DNA of 64,000 nucleotides from a bacterium (GTDB lineage: Archaea; Thermoplasmatota; E2; JACPAO01; JAHFTW01), in NCBI GenBank assembly GCA_040390065.1, contig JAZJZE010000005.1:385521-449520 (forward strand), read 5' to 3'. Under the pieces are notes generated by a model. It was given only the letters and a program-made list of their open reading frames with translations. It did no database searches and had not been told where the DNA came from. The position numbers and the translations under genes are program-made. Positions 46,045-55,229 of the stretch are shown in pieces. How positions within the stretch are numbered: position 1 is the first letter of the stretch; every line of letters begins with the position of its first letter.

Positions 46045-46460
46045 GCAGTCGCCTCCACCAACGCGATGCCTTTTGCGACAGCGCGCATGAGGGTGGCCTC
46101 CATCTCCGCGAGCCGGACCTCCAGGCGCGTGTTCTTGGCGGCGACTTCCGCGTTGGACCCTTGCAGCCACGTGTACGCGTCGCGCAACTTTTGGAGTTCC
46201 TCTGCCATTTCGCGCTCGCGTTGACCGGGCCCGCGCAACGCGAGCTCGACCATCTCTTGCATCCACGGGCCGAGCCCGATGCCTCGGGCCGCGGCCAAGG
46301 CACGCCACCTCTCTTCGCGGTCTCCCTTGAGGTGGACGCCCTGCTTGACGCGATAGTACCGGGAGTAGTAAGTCCTCAACTGGTCTCGGTCATCGGTTGT
46401 CAGCGGCTCTCCACGGCGGACCTTGGCGCGTAGGATTGTAACCGGGCTCTTCGGCCTCAT
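46041..46460 (-). CDS. Ribbon-helix-helix-like regulator with coiled-coil tail
   Basis: VHL......RWRALAAARG..L..WM.E.VE followed by heptads; coupled to the integrase. Confidence 0.55.
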   Translation of the reverse strand: MRPKSPVTILRAKVRRGEPLTTDDRDQLRTYYSRYYRVKQGVHLKGDREERWRALAAARGIGLGPWMQEMVELALRGPGQREREMAEELQKLRDAYTWLQGSNAEVAAKNTRLEVRLAEMEATLMRAVAKGIALVEATA

Positions 46461-46661
46461 GGTGCCATCCGAACCTTGTCCTGCAATTAAGGGTGGTTCG
46501 GAAGGTACGAACTCAAGCGCACTTGATTCGAGGTGTGCTAGAGGTTGATTGTTTACACGCGACGAAGCTTTCGCTGGGATGTCTTGCATGGGGATGCACC
46601 GCCCGGATCACCCCAATTGCTTCGTGTTGTGCAACAATTTGCGTCGAGTTGGCGCCGGCCG

Positions 46662-47384
46662 CTACCTGACCTTGTAGTACGTCGCATTCAGCTTCGACTC
46701 GTACTTCGGCCGGTGCCTCTGGAAGAACCAGAACGCGATGAACGTGCACAGCAGGGTCTGATGCAACGTGACGAGGCCGAGGATGTTGATGAGTTCGCTC
46801 GAGGTGTGGATGATGTTGGATTCCAGCAGCCAATGGATATGACCATGCAAGGGCTGCACCTCGTAGGCGAAGAGAATGTCGAAGATCGCGGTGACGGAGA
46901 GCCACCACACGAGGGCTAAGCCGAAGACGCCCATGGCGGCATTGGTCGGCGATTCGACGGGGCGGCGTGCTTTGCCTTTGCCGAAGAACGGAATGAACAT
47001 CGGCCCGAGGACGATGACGTTGACGAGGATGGTGCCGAGGAACTTGGTGTCGATGAGCGGGTTCGGCAGGAACGGCAGGCCCGGGTTCGGGATGGGCCAC
47101 TTGGACAGCACGATGGGGCCCAGGGACCACAGGAGGTACCAGTCGGGTTTGACGTACTTCGGGGGCTTGGACATGTCGTAGTGCGGGTGCAGCGGCGGCG
47201 GCACGATGGAGATGAGGAGGAAGATCGTCGCGCACATGAACGCGATGATGGCGCCGTCGCGAATGAGTTCGTCTCCGAGGCTGATGCCTTCGACGGCCTT
47301 CTGGCGCTTCGGCGGGCCGCGAGCGGCTTCCATGCGGGCCTTGGTGGCCACGTAGAGGTTGGTGAGCTCCTTCATTCGTCCCAT
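46662..47384 (-). CDS. petD: Cytochrome b6f-type subunit IV (cytochrome b C-terminal part)
   Basis: VKPDWY (PEWY-type Qo motif), PF....RRP, TM helices. Confidence 0.82.
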   Translation of the reverse strand: MGRMKELTNLYVATKARMEAARGPPKRQKAVEGISLGDELIRDGAIIAFMCATIFLLISIVPPPLHPHYDMSKPPKYVKPDWYLLWSLGPIVLSKWPIPNPGLPFLPNPLIDTKFLGTILVNVIVLGPMFIPFFGKGKARRPVESPTNAAMGVFGLALVWWLSVTAIFDILFAYEVQPLHGHIHWLLESNIIHTSSELINILGLVTLHQTLLCTFIAFWFFQRHRPKYESKLNATYYKVR

Positions 47385-47392
47385 AAGTCACC

Positions 47393-48238
47393 TCAGTGCG
47401 GTTCCGCCATCCCTTGCAGCCAGACGATGAACATGTGCATGACCATGAGGCCGAACAGGATGAACGGCAGGATCCACACATGCAGGATGTACATGCGTGG
47501 AATCAGGTTGCTGTTGATGTTCTGTCCGCCAAACATGAGGCGGGCGGCGTAGTCGCCGATGATGGGGATGGAGCCGAACATGTTTTGGCCGATGGTGGCG
47601 GCGGCGATGGACAGTTGGTCAGCGGGCAGGAGGTAGCCGGAGTACGCGAAGAAGAACGTGATGCCAAGCAGCGTCACGCCGAGGACCCAGTTGAGTTCGC
47701 GGGGCTTCTTGTAGGCGCCCACGAAGTAGACGCGCATCATGTGCAGGAAGACGCAGGCGACCATGAGGTGGGCGCCCCAGTGGTGGACACCTCTCAGGAT
47801 GTAGCCGAGCGTCACCTTCTCCATGATGAACTGGACCGATTCTCTGGCTTCGAATGCTTCTTGCGGGACGTAGTTGGGAACGTAGTACAGTGCCAGGACG
47901 ACGCCCGAGATGGTGAGGATGATGAAGGCGATGAAGGCGAGGCCGCCGAGGCAGTAGAGCGGGTACCAGTACCAGATCGTGCGCAGCTTGTAGCGCTCCG
48001 TGTGGCTGCGGGGCAGTTGTCGCTGGATGGACAGGGCCGCCGCCTTGGCCGCATCGACGTGGTTGCGGATGCGGATGGAGTCGTCGAGGTACGCGAGCGT
48101 CATGAGGTAGAAGCGGGCGATGAAGCCGAGGCGCTTCTCCTTCGCCAGTTTCTCGTAGGCGCGCTTTCCTTGCTTGTGTGGGCGGCTGGGGTCGCCGGAG
48201 GCTGTCGTGATGGGCGGCTCGGGGGCCTCGTCGCTCAT
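47393..48238 (-). CDS. petB: Cytochrome b6-type (cytochrome b N-terminal part)
   Basis: YCLGG, SG..LA.YY.P, R..H.WGA.......H..RV, PRELNW, GYLLP, H-x14-H in helix D. Confidence 0.9.
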   Translation of the reverse strand: MSDEAPEPPITTASGDPSRPHKQGKRAYEKLAKEKRLGFIARFYLMTLAYLDDSIRIRNHVDAAKAAALSIQRQLPRSHTERYKLRTIWYWYPLYCLGGLAFIAFIILTISGVVLALYYVPNYVPQEAFEARESVQFIMEKVTLGYILRGVHHWGAHLMVACVFLHMMRVYFVGAYKKPRELNWVLGVTLLGITFFFAYSGYLLPADQLSIAAATIGQNMFGSIPIIGDYAARLMFGGQNINSNLIPRMYILHVWILPFILFGLMVMHMFIVWLQGMAEPH

Positions 48239-49047
48239 GCGGAGGACTCCCAGGAATAGTCCTTGGGCTTGACCAGGTGGTCGGCCTTGCGCAGCTTGAA
48301 GGCGCTGCCGGGCGAGGAGCGGTCGGCGTCGCGGTAGGCGAGTTGCGCCAATGTCTCGACGCCGATGAGGGCGTTCTTTGCGGCGGGGATCTTGAGGGCC
48401 TCGTCGCCGGGGTAGTTCGCCACGACGTTGAAGCGGATGACGTTGAGGGGGGCCGGCGGCGGCGTGCCCGGGACATTCAGCGCCAGGTTGTGGATGTCAT
48501 ATTGGCCGCCGTGGCACGGGCACAGGATGCGGCCGTCGTTGACGCCGTCGCCGTCGTAGTCCTCGACGTCCAGGCTGCCGCCGTAGCCGCCGTTCCACCC
48601 GACGGTGCAGCCGAGGTGCTTGCACTTGCCGACGTAGGCGAGGACCGCGTGCTTGGCGTCGCCAGGGACTTCCACGGCGTGCTGGGCGGTATTGAAGCCG
48701 CGCGTCTGCGACGATCCGCGCAGGACGTCGACGCGGACCTTGTACGCGATGGCCGGCAGGAACGAGTATTCGCCGACGAACGGGTTGTTTCCCGGCTGCT
48801 CCGCCAAGTCCTCGATGGTGACGGGGATCTTCGCGTTGCTCTTGGGGTCGCGCTTGATGATGGGTCCGGGGCCGCCGCCGGACAGCGCTGCGGGCGCGAC
48901 GGATGGCAGGAGCTGCGTCAGCAGGCCCGGGATGACGGCGCCGGCCACGGCGAAGCGCACGGTATTGCGGATGAACTCGCGGCGCGACAGGATGGACTCC
49001 TTCTTCGGCGGCATGCCGGGCAGTGGCGGCGAAACGGCGTCAGGCAT
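48235..49047 (-). CDS. petC: Rieske 2Fe-2S protein
   Basis: Tat-like SRREF plus TM; CKHLGC and CPCHGG boxes; PPPAPL. Confidence 0.9.
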   Translation of the reverse strand: MPDAVSPPLPGMPPKKESILSRREFIRNTVRFAVAGAVIPGLLTQLLPSVAPAALSGGGPGPIIKRDPKSNAKIPVTIEDLAEQPGNNPFVGEYSFLPAIAYKVRVDVLRGSSQTRGFNTAQHAVEVPGDAKHAVLAYVGKCKHLGCTVGWNGGYGGSLDVEDYDGDGVNDGRILCPCHGGQYDIHNLALNVPGTPPPAPLNVIRFNVVANYPGDEALKIPAAKNALIGVETLAQLAYRDADRSSPGSAFKLRKADHLVKPKDYSWESSA

Positions 49048-49450
49048 GCAACTGGACTCCCTCATCTTCCCATTTCCTGAACCGCTTCTTGTAGATCGTG
49101 ACGTGGTCCTTGAAGTAGCGCTGGTACAGGAAAATCATCCAGAACAGGCAGAAGAAAGTCATCGAGATCCAGAACGAGATGATGGTCTGCTCGTTCTTGA
49201 ACATCGTTCCAAGCGGCGCGTTGTCGATTGCCGGGTCGTGGCCCGCGGCATTGTTGGCGTCCGGGATCACGGGGTCAGCCGATGGGTCGGAGATGAGGTC
49301 CTGCCACAGGGCCGATGCGATGAGGCCGAAGAAGATGAGTTGGATGAGAAACAGTGCGAGGATCATCGCGCCCACGATGGCGGGTCGCGGCGCCGGCGTG
49401 CGGCGGACCACGACTCCGGGCGTCTTCCCCGTCTGGATCTCGAGGCCCAA
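49040..49450 (-). CDS. Two-TM protein in the Rieske/cytochrome b operon
   Basis: Two hydrophobic helices; overlaps the Rieske start and lies 4 nt from the upstream stop. Confidence 0.65.
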   Translation of the reverse strand: MGLEIQTGKTPGVVVRRTPAPRPAIVGAMILALFLIQLIFFGLIASALWQDLISDPSADPVIPDANNAAGHDPAIDNAPLGTMFKNEQTIISFWISMTFFCLFWMIFLYQRYFKDHVTIYKKRFRKWEDEGVQLHA

Positions 49451-49454
49451 CGAT

Positions 49455-50204
49455 TCACCGGTCCTTTTGGTCCGTGTTGTGAGGTGTCACGTACTTGAGG
49501 TACACGTAGCCCGCGACCATGACGAAGATCATGCCCGCGAGGCCGATGAGGCCAATCCAGTACTGCTGCAGGCTGATGCCGAACTGCACTTCCTTGACTT
49601 CAGCGGGGGCCCCGGCGACGGCCCCCTCCGGCCCAGCCAGTGACGGGTCGGCCCGGTACACCTTGTCGCCCGGGTCATTCCCGAGGTCGCCGTTGACGTC
49701 GTTGACGAAGATGTCAAAGACGACCGGGCCGGCATCGGGGGCCGCCCAGTTCACGGACCAGCGCGTCGCCGATGCGGCTTTGTGGGTCGCCTGGGACTGG
49801 TCGGTAGAGACCTGGACGTTCGGGTCGGAGCCGACCAACAGCTTCCCGGCCGTCGCGCGCAGGTTGAAGCCCGCGTGGTTGTCCTTGTCGGAGAACTGTT
49901 CATCGACGAGAGTCACGTTGATCGTGTACGTCTTGCCTTTTTCGTATGCGTTGCCCACGAGCGGTTGGCCGGCGTCCGTAATGGACACCTGGAGCTTGTC
50001 GGCTCCGCCTGCCGCGAACTTGTTGTCGCCGTGGCAGTGCGTGCACCCCTTGGCGGCAAAGTCGCCCGGGTAATCGCCCGTGTCCTTGAACATCCCTGAG
50101 GAATGGCCGAGCCCAGTGGGGGCGACAAAGAGCGTGGCGGCCACGGCGAACAGCCCCAGGACGACCCAGGGACCTGCCCGGTGGACACCAGGAGAAAGGC
50201 TCAC
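49455..50204 (-). CDS. Exported Reeler-like protein with one CxxCH motif and C-terminal TM
   Basis: Signal peptide, GCTHCHG, Y..GKTYTI.V...GFNL...W...W.AP..G.V.F, C-terminal TM; TATA-like box at 50229-34. Confidence 0.7.
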   Translation of the reverse strand: MSLSPGVHRAGPWVVLGLFAVAATLFVAPTGLGHSSGMFKDTGDYPGDFAAKGCTHCHGDNKFAAGGADKLQVSITDAGQPLVGNAYEKGKTYTINVTLVDEQFSDKDNHAGFNLRATAGKLLVGSDPNVQVSTDQSQATHKAASATRWSVNWAAPDAGPVVFDIFVNDVNGDLGNDPGDKVYRADPSLAGPEGAVAGAPAEVKEVQFGISLQQYWIGLIGLAGMIFVMVAGYVYLKYVTPHNTDQKDR

Positions 50205-50323
50205 GGTCGCGCCCAAAGCCGGCTCGGATATAAGCGGTGCGACCAGCGGTGCGCCAGGAGGTCCGACCAACGCTCGGCGCTGCGTGAAAAGCGCTAAGAG
50301 AGCACCCTGTCTCGGCCGCTTGC

Positions 50324-50581
50324 ATGGCAGAGACCGAGCGCCGCTCCAAGCCCCGTAAAGTGGAGCCCAAGGAAGACGAAGAGACCGAACCGAAAGGCCA
50401 CGGCCTCGTGCTGCTTGCGTACCTCGTCGCCTCCGTCGCGGTCATCGAGGTCATGTTCGTGGTCGCCTCGTTCCTTTCGGCCGGCAAGGCCGACAACATG
50501 GTCCTCTACGTCCTTGGCGCGACCGCTCTCGTCTCGGCCATCCTCTTCGCGGCGGGCAAGTTCATCGGCCGCAAGAAGTGA
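50324..50581 (+). CDS. Small two-TM membrane protein
   Basis: Charged N-terminus then two hydrophobic helices; GTGA coupling to the next gene. Confidence 0.6.
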   Translation: MAETERRSKPRKVEPKEDEETEPKGHGLVLLAYLVASVAVIEVMFVVASFLSAGKADNMVLYVLGATALVSAILFAAGKFIGRKK

Positions 50582-50910
50582 AGGCCGACCGCATCCCTGA
50601 CATCTCGCGCATGGTGCCGCGCCACACCGTCGTCGAATGGAAGGAGGAGGCGGGCCGCGTCGTCGTGCTGAAGAAGCGCAAGGGAACCATCCGGCCGCGC
50701 CTGCTGCGCATCTTTGGCGTCCCGCCCATGCTGCGCGTCAACCTCGATCCCCTGGGGTCGGAGGTGTGGCGTCTCATCGACGGCGCCCGCACGGTCGCCG
50801 CCATCAAGGCCGCATTGGAGGCGAAGTTCCCCGACGAATCTCAGATGGCGCAGCGGCTGGGCCATTTCTTCGGCATCATGGTGTCGAAGGGCTTGGTCGA
50901 GCTGGGCTAA
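50578..50910 (+). CDS. PqqD-like (RRE/winged-helix) protein
   Basis: LDPLGSEVWRLIDG.RTV..I...L...F......RL..F...M...GLV. Confidence 0.78.
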   Translation: MKADRIPDISRMVPRHTVVEWKEEAGRVVVLKKRKGTIRPRLLRIFGVPPMLRVNLDPLGSEVWRLIDGARTVAAIKAALEAKFPDESQMAQRLGHFFGIMVSKGLVELG

Positions 50911-51494
50911 CACACGCGGTATTCGAACTGCGCCGTGCCGTCGATGGTGGCGGTGCTGATGGTGTTCGCGTTGCCGTCGAGGTTGGTCTCCCACTGCGCA
51001 TCGAAGACCAAGGCGGTCGGCGTCGGCGGCGACGGCGGCTGCGACAAGCGGATCTCCAGGAGCGGGTGGGCTTCGCCGGGGCCGTACGTGAAGTGGTACT
51101 GTCCCGTGTTCTTGGCGCTCGGCGCTCCCTTGGCCATGTCGTAGGCGAGAAGCGGCACGTGGTTGTCGGCGCGGTAGAAACTGAGGGTCAGCCGGCTGTC
51201 CAGGGCGCGGATCACTTGTTGGCGGCTGGCGTTGTACGAACTGGCGCCGTCGAAATGCATGTAGTAGACGTCAATCGGATGCCCGCTGTCCGTCAAGGTC
51301 ACGTCGGGATTGAGCGTCTCGTTCGTGGGATTGTTGGGCAGGCGTTCGTCGAGGTCCCAGTGCACGCCGCTGTGGCCCAAACCCACTTGCCAGCCTGGGC
51401 ACGTCTGGCCATGCGAGGTCGTGCCGTCGGTGCCGCCACTGCATCCCGCCAGTCCGGAGAGGAGGAGCAAGACAGCGAACGGGCGCAGGAACAT
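50907..51494 (-). CDS. Lipoprotein
   Basis: Lipobox LAGC; CPGW near the N-terminus; ends YRVC. Confidence 0.7.
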   Translation of the reverse strand: MFLRPFAVLLLLSGLAGCSGGTDGTTSHGQTCPGWQVGLGHSGVHWDLDERLPNNPTNETLNPDVTLTDSGHPIDVYYMHFDGASSYNASRQQVIRALDSRLTLSFYRADNHVPLLAYDMAKGAPSAKNTGQYHFTYGPGEAHPLLEIRLSQPPSPPTPTALVFDAQWETNLDGNANTISTATIDGTAQFEYRVC

Positions 51495-51536
51495 GCACAG
51501 GCGGACGATGGCGTCCCTCTTTTGGCTTTCGCCGCG

Positions 51537-52079
51537 CTAGACGTCGGCGCCGCAGACCCGGTAATGGTACGTGATGGTGTACTGGACCGCGGCACTTCCG
51601 TTGCCTTCCAGGCTCCAGCGCAACTCGACGGGGGCCGGCCGTTGCGCCTCGGCCTGCGTGATCGACGTGAGGTACGCTTCGTAGACGTGGGCCGTCTCGT
51701 TGAGGCTGCCATCGAAGACGAGTTCGGGAACGATGGTGGGGACTTGTGGGCGGAAGTCGCGCCACGCCAGGCGGCCTTCGGTGCCATTGGCCTGCGTCGA
51801 GAAGGCGCGCAGATGCAGCGACCCGCCGCGCACCTGCATGACGTCGATGCGCACGCGGACCATGTCGAAGCCATGGCCATCCAACGTCATGGACGTCGGG
51901 CCAACGATCTCGCTGGCCTGGCGCGCGCTTGCGTTCAACGCGGCCGCGCCGACCACTTGTCCAGGCCCGTCCTGCCACTGCGGGCAAAGCCCGAAGAGCG
52001 GGTCTTGCGGCGTCGCGTCGTCCGTGGCGCAGCCGGGAAGGGCAAGGGCTGCCAGGACGACGAGGACGGCCAACCGCAC
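51537..52079 (-). CDS. Lipoprotein, paralog of the neighbouring gene
   Basis: Lipobox LPGC; CPQW; YRVC near the C-terminus. Confidence 0.7.
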   Translation of the reverse strand: MRLAVLVVLAALALPGCATDDATPQDPLFGLCPQWQDGPGQVVGAAALNASARQASEIVGPTSMTLDGHGFDMVRVRIDVMQVRGGSLHLRAFSTQANGTEGRLAWRDFRPQVPTIVPELVFDGSLNETAHVYEAYLTSITQAEAQRPAPVELRWSLEGNGSAAVQYTITYHYRVCGADV

Positions 52080-52174
52080 AACCGGGCCACGGATGCCTGC
52101 CGCAAAGCCGTTGTGGCGCGGGGCGCAGGCGCGTGCCCGGACGACTTAAGGGCCGCCAGCCTGTCCCGGATGCG

Positions 52175-53341
52175 ATGATGGAGCGGCGCCGGATGCAGGA
52201 GACGGTTGAATCCTACGACGCCAAGCGGCTGGCCCTGTCCTGCGTCGCAAGCCATTCGGGTTTGGACGTCTACGATGGCGCCGCCGACGAAGGCTACACC
52301 TCCATCGCTGTCGCTCAGAAGGGTCGCCACGAGGTGTACGCGCGGTACTTCAAGACACTGCGGGACGGGAAGGGCCGGCGCCTGCGCGGCTGCGTCGATG
52401 AGACGTGGACGTACCCGAAGTACGACGGCATCATGACGCCCAAGCAGCAGGACAAGCTGCGTGCACGCAACGCCTTGTGGGTCCCGAACCGAGCCTGGAC
52501 GAGTTACTGCCCCATCGACGGCGTCGAGTCCGACTTCGCGGTCCCCGTTCTGGGCTCGCGCTCGATGCTGCGCTCCGAGAACCGCGGCGAGAAGCGCGAT
52601 TACTACTGGCTCCTCAAGAAGGCAGGCTTGCCGTTCCCGCGTCGCATCAAGGAGCCGGCCGACATCGACGGACTCGCCATCGTCAAGCTGCACCACGCCA
52701 GGAAGAAACTCGAGCGCGGCTTCTTCACGTGTGCCAGCCCGAAGGAGTTCAACGCGAAGGCGACGACCCTCCTGAAGCAAGGGGTCATCGACAAGGAGTC
52801 GCTTGCGACGGCGCACATCGAGGAGTACGTGATCGGCCCCGTCTTCAACCTGAATTTCTTCTACAGTCCGGTCAGCAAGAAGACGCGCACGGCTGAGCCG
52901 CTGGAACTCCTCGGCATCGATTGGCGCTTCGAGTCAAGCCTCGACGGCCACGTGCGCATCCCGGCGCCGCAGCAGATGACCTTGCCGCCGCACCAACTCG
53001 TGCCGGAGATGACCGTCGTCGGCCACAACACCGCCACCGTCCGCGAGAGTCTGCTCGGCAAGGTGTTCGAACTGGGAGAGAAATGGGTCAAGGCCGCAAG
53101 GGAGCACTACGCGCCCGGCATCATCGGGCCCTTCTGTCTTCAAACCTGCGTGGACAAGGACATGAAGTTCCACATCTACGACGTCGCGCCGAGGATTGGG
53201 GGCGGCACGAACGTGCACGTCGCCGTCGGACATCCGTACGGCAACGCGTTGTGGCGGACGAACATGAGCACCGGCCGGCGAGTGGCGCTCGAGGTAAGGC
53301 GGGCCGTCGAGGCGGATTGTTTGGCGGAGATCGTCACGTGA
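52175..53341 (+). CDS. purP: PurP-like ATP-grasp formate--ribonucleotide ligase paralog
   Basis: ASHSGLDV.DGA..EG, ERGFF, IEEY.IG, VGH..AT.RESLL, IIGPFCLQ, DVAPRIGGGTN, MSTGRR; CTTAAG at 52145-50. Confidence 0.85.
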   Translation: MMERRRMQETVESYDAKRLALSCVASHSGLDVYDGAADEGYTSIAVAQKGRHEVYARYFKTLRDGKGRRLRGCVDETWTYPKYDGIMTPKQQDKLRARNALWVPNRAWTSYCPIDGVESDFAVPVLGSRSMLRSENRGEKRDYYWLLKKAGLPFPRRIKEPADIDGLAIVKLHHARKKLERGFFTCASPKEFNAKATTLLKQGVIDKESLATAHIEEYVIGPVFNLNFFYSPVSKKTRTAEPLELLGIDWRFESSLDGHVRIPAPQQMTLPPHQLVPEMTVVGHNTATVRESLLGKVFELGEKWVKAAREHYAPGIIGPFCLQTCVDKDMKFHIYDVAPRIGGGTNVHVAVGHPYGNALWRTNMSTGRRVALEVRRAVEADCLAEIVT

Positions 53342-53778
53342 GCCGCACCACAATCCTGCTCGTCATCGTCCTTCTCCTGGCTGGCTGTTTGGGCGGTTCC
53401 ACGTCTGCTGCGTCGCCTTCGCAGACGGCTCGGCTGCAAGCGGAGGCCCTCGTGGCGGGGGACGTCGACACATACGCGTCGTTCCTCTTGGACGACTGGT
53501 GGGATTTCGGCGGCTGCGTCAAGCACGCGAAGAGCGAGATGCTGGCCAACGCCCGCGGAGAACCCTCGACCGCGAACGCCGGCGACGTGTACGACATCAA
53601 CCACATCCAAGTCAAGCGCGGTCTCGACGTGCCGTTCTACACGCGTTGCGGCGCAGCCGGTGTCAGGGATGGCGACCAGGCAATCTACATTCCCCTCAAG
53701 CCCGGCCAGCCGGGTGACGGCTTCTCCGGGCTCTACCGCGTCGTGGGCGGCCGATGGATGATGATTGGTGGCGACTGA
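53338..53778 (+). CDS. Lipoprotein (NTF2-like)
   Basis: GTGA overlap; lipobox LLAGC; ends YRVVGGRW. Confidence 0.62.
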   Translation: MSRTTILLVIVLLLAGCLGGSTSAASPSQTARLQAEALVAGDVDTYASFLLDDWWDFGGCVKHAKSEMLANARGEPSTANAGDVYDINHIQVKRGLDVPFYTRCGAAGVRDGDQAIYIPLKPGQPGDGFSGLYRVVGGRWMMIGGD

Positions 53779-53783
53779 CCACG

Positions 53784-54440
53784 TCACTCCAGGGCGTTGC
53801 CCAAGAATCCCAACAGCGGCTCCATGCTGGCGTAACGCGTCTGGAAGGCGCCCATCAAGTCGCCTGTGAACTGCGCCTTCGTGAGCGGTACGTCCGCGGC
53901 AAACGTCGTGCGCTTCAAGTCTGCGATGAGAGGATGGTTCTTGTCGTAGCCGCGCGGCGCCGTCTTGAGCGGTGCAAAGTCGTCATGGAACGTGACGCCC
54001 TTCTTCGCCCTGGCCCAGCCCTTTGGGTCGTCGACGATGCGGTCGCGGATCTTGCTGAGCGTGGGCGTGCCGTTCATCCAGCAGCCGCCACCGACGGAGG
54101 CGCCCGACTTGTCCCACCAGATGCCGATGGCGGGCAATGGGTTGGCCTCGCTGGCGCCCTTGTGGTGAAAGCCCATGTGGGCGTGCGTGTTGTACGGCGA
54201 TTTGTCCTTGCTGAAGCGGATGTCGCGATGGATGCGGCCGAGGCTGCCGCCGACCTTCTTCGCCTCCGCCACGTAGGGCAGGCCCGCCGTCTCGAACCAC
54301 TCGGCCGCCTCGTCGATGAAGGCGAGCGCGGGTGTCCGGATGGCGGCTTCGTAGTCGTCGCGGTGCGCCTCGAACCAGTCCTTCCGGTTGTGTTTCTCGA
54401 GTTGGCCGAGGAAGGTGAAGGCCTGCGTGGTGAAGGCCAC
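53784..54440 (-). CDS. DUF2461 (TIGR02453) family protein
   Basis: FL..L..HN.KDWF..HR..Y, RIHRDIRFSKDKSPY, LKTAPRGY..HP. Confidence 0.88.
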   Translation of the reverse strand: MAFTTQAFTFLGQLEKHNRKDWFEAHRDDYEAAIRTPALAFIDEAAEWFETAGLPYVAEAKKVGGSLGRIHRDIRFSKDKSPYNTHAHMGFHHKGASEANPLPAIGIWWDKSGASVGGGCWMNGTPTLSKIRDRIVDDPKGWARAKKGVTFHDDFAPLKTAPRGYDKNHPLIADLKRTTFAADVPLTKAQFTGDLMGAFQTRYASMEPLLGFLGNALE

Positions 54441-54492
54441 GCATTGCGCAAGGCGACATCCGTCATGAGGGTGCTGCCGGCGACGATGTGTG

Positions 54493-55134
54493 TCAACTGC
54501 GAGCGGCCGGTGGTGGCGTCCCCGCCTTGCCTTCGAAAGTGAGTTGGCCGGAGACGTGGAAGGCCTGGTCCGGCCCACCATAAACGAATGCCCCCCCGCC
54601 TGGAGACGCCGATGTCGTGTGGTACAGATAGACGTGCACGACGCCGCCTGCGCCGACGGCGGCGTGCAGCCCGTCGAGGTGAAGGACGAGCGGCGACGCC
54701 CCTTTCACGCCCTCGTCGCTCATGTTGCAGATCTCGCAATGCATGGTCATGACGGCAATGCCCATCTCGGCCGTCGCGGGGCTCTGGGCCGTCCACGTGA
54801 CGGTGAGGTTGGCTGCCGTGAGGTTCCAGCCCGCTGCATCGACGAGCCGCTCGGAGGTGCCCGCCACGATGGCCTCGTCCGGGTAGCAGCCGACCGCATT
54901 CTGACAGACAAAGGCGTCGATCCCAAGGTTACCATCCCAATCCATGGCGAAGGTGACCGCGGGCAAACGGTCTACGCCGCCGCACGTCCCGTTGGTGGGC
55001 GTATCTGTCGCGTCGATGCACAAGCCCGACGGGGGTGTCGTCGTCTCGCGACCGGCCGGCACGGTATCCGTGGAGCCGGAACAACCCGACAACAGGAGAA
55101 GGACGATGAGGATTGCCGCGCGCACCCTTGCCAC
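54493..55134 (-). CDS. Lipoprotein
   Basis: Lipobox LLSGC; beta-rich body with Cys pairs. Confidence 0.65.
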   Translation of the reverse strand: MARVRAAILIVLLLLSGCSGSTDTVPAGRETTTPPSGLCIDATDTPTNGTCGGVDRLPAVTFAMDWDGNLGIDAFVCQNAVGCYPDEAIVAGTSERLVDAAGWNLTAANLTVTWTAQSPATAEMGIAVMTMHCEICNMSDEGVKGASPLVLHLDGLHAAVGAGGVVHVYLYHTTSASPGGGAFVYGGPDQAFHVSGQLTFEGKAGTPPPAARS

Positions 55135-55229
55135 CCCCCGCGATGCTTCATGAAGGTTGGCGCCAGTTCGCTGAAACGCGTTCTGCCCAGACGCGCCGGG
55201 ATTTATCCGGGTCCCCGATTGCGCGGGCC

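Larger units (their letters stand above)
16250..46640. mobile_element. Putative integrated genomic island (about 30 kb), tyrosine-integrase associated, probably degenerate
   Basis: By eye the block is more AT-rich than both flanks. Integrase and RHH genes sit at the right end and TA-like genes at the left. There is an 11-bp inverted repeat ACAACACGAAG (16268-16278) / CTTCGTGTTGT (46620-46630). Boundaries are approximate. Confidence 0.65.

Noticed and set aside
46594-46608. ATGCACCGCCCGGAT, a weak reverse-complement tRNA-end look-alike
   Set aside because: No T-loop or cloverleaf; it cannot be supported as a tRNA or att site.
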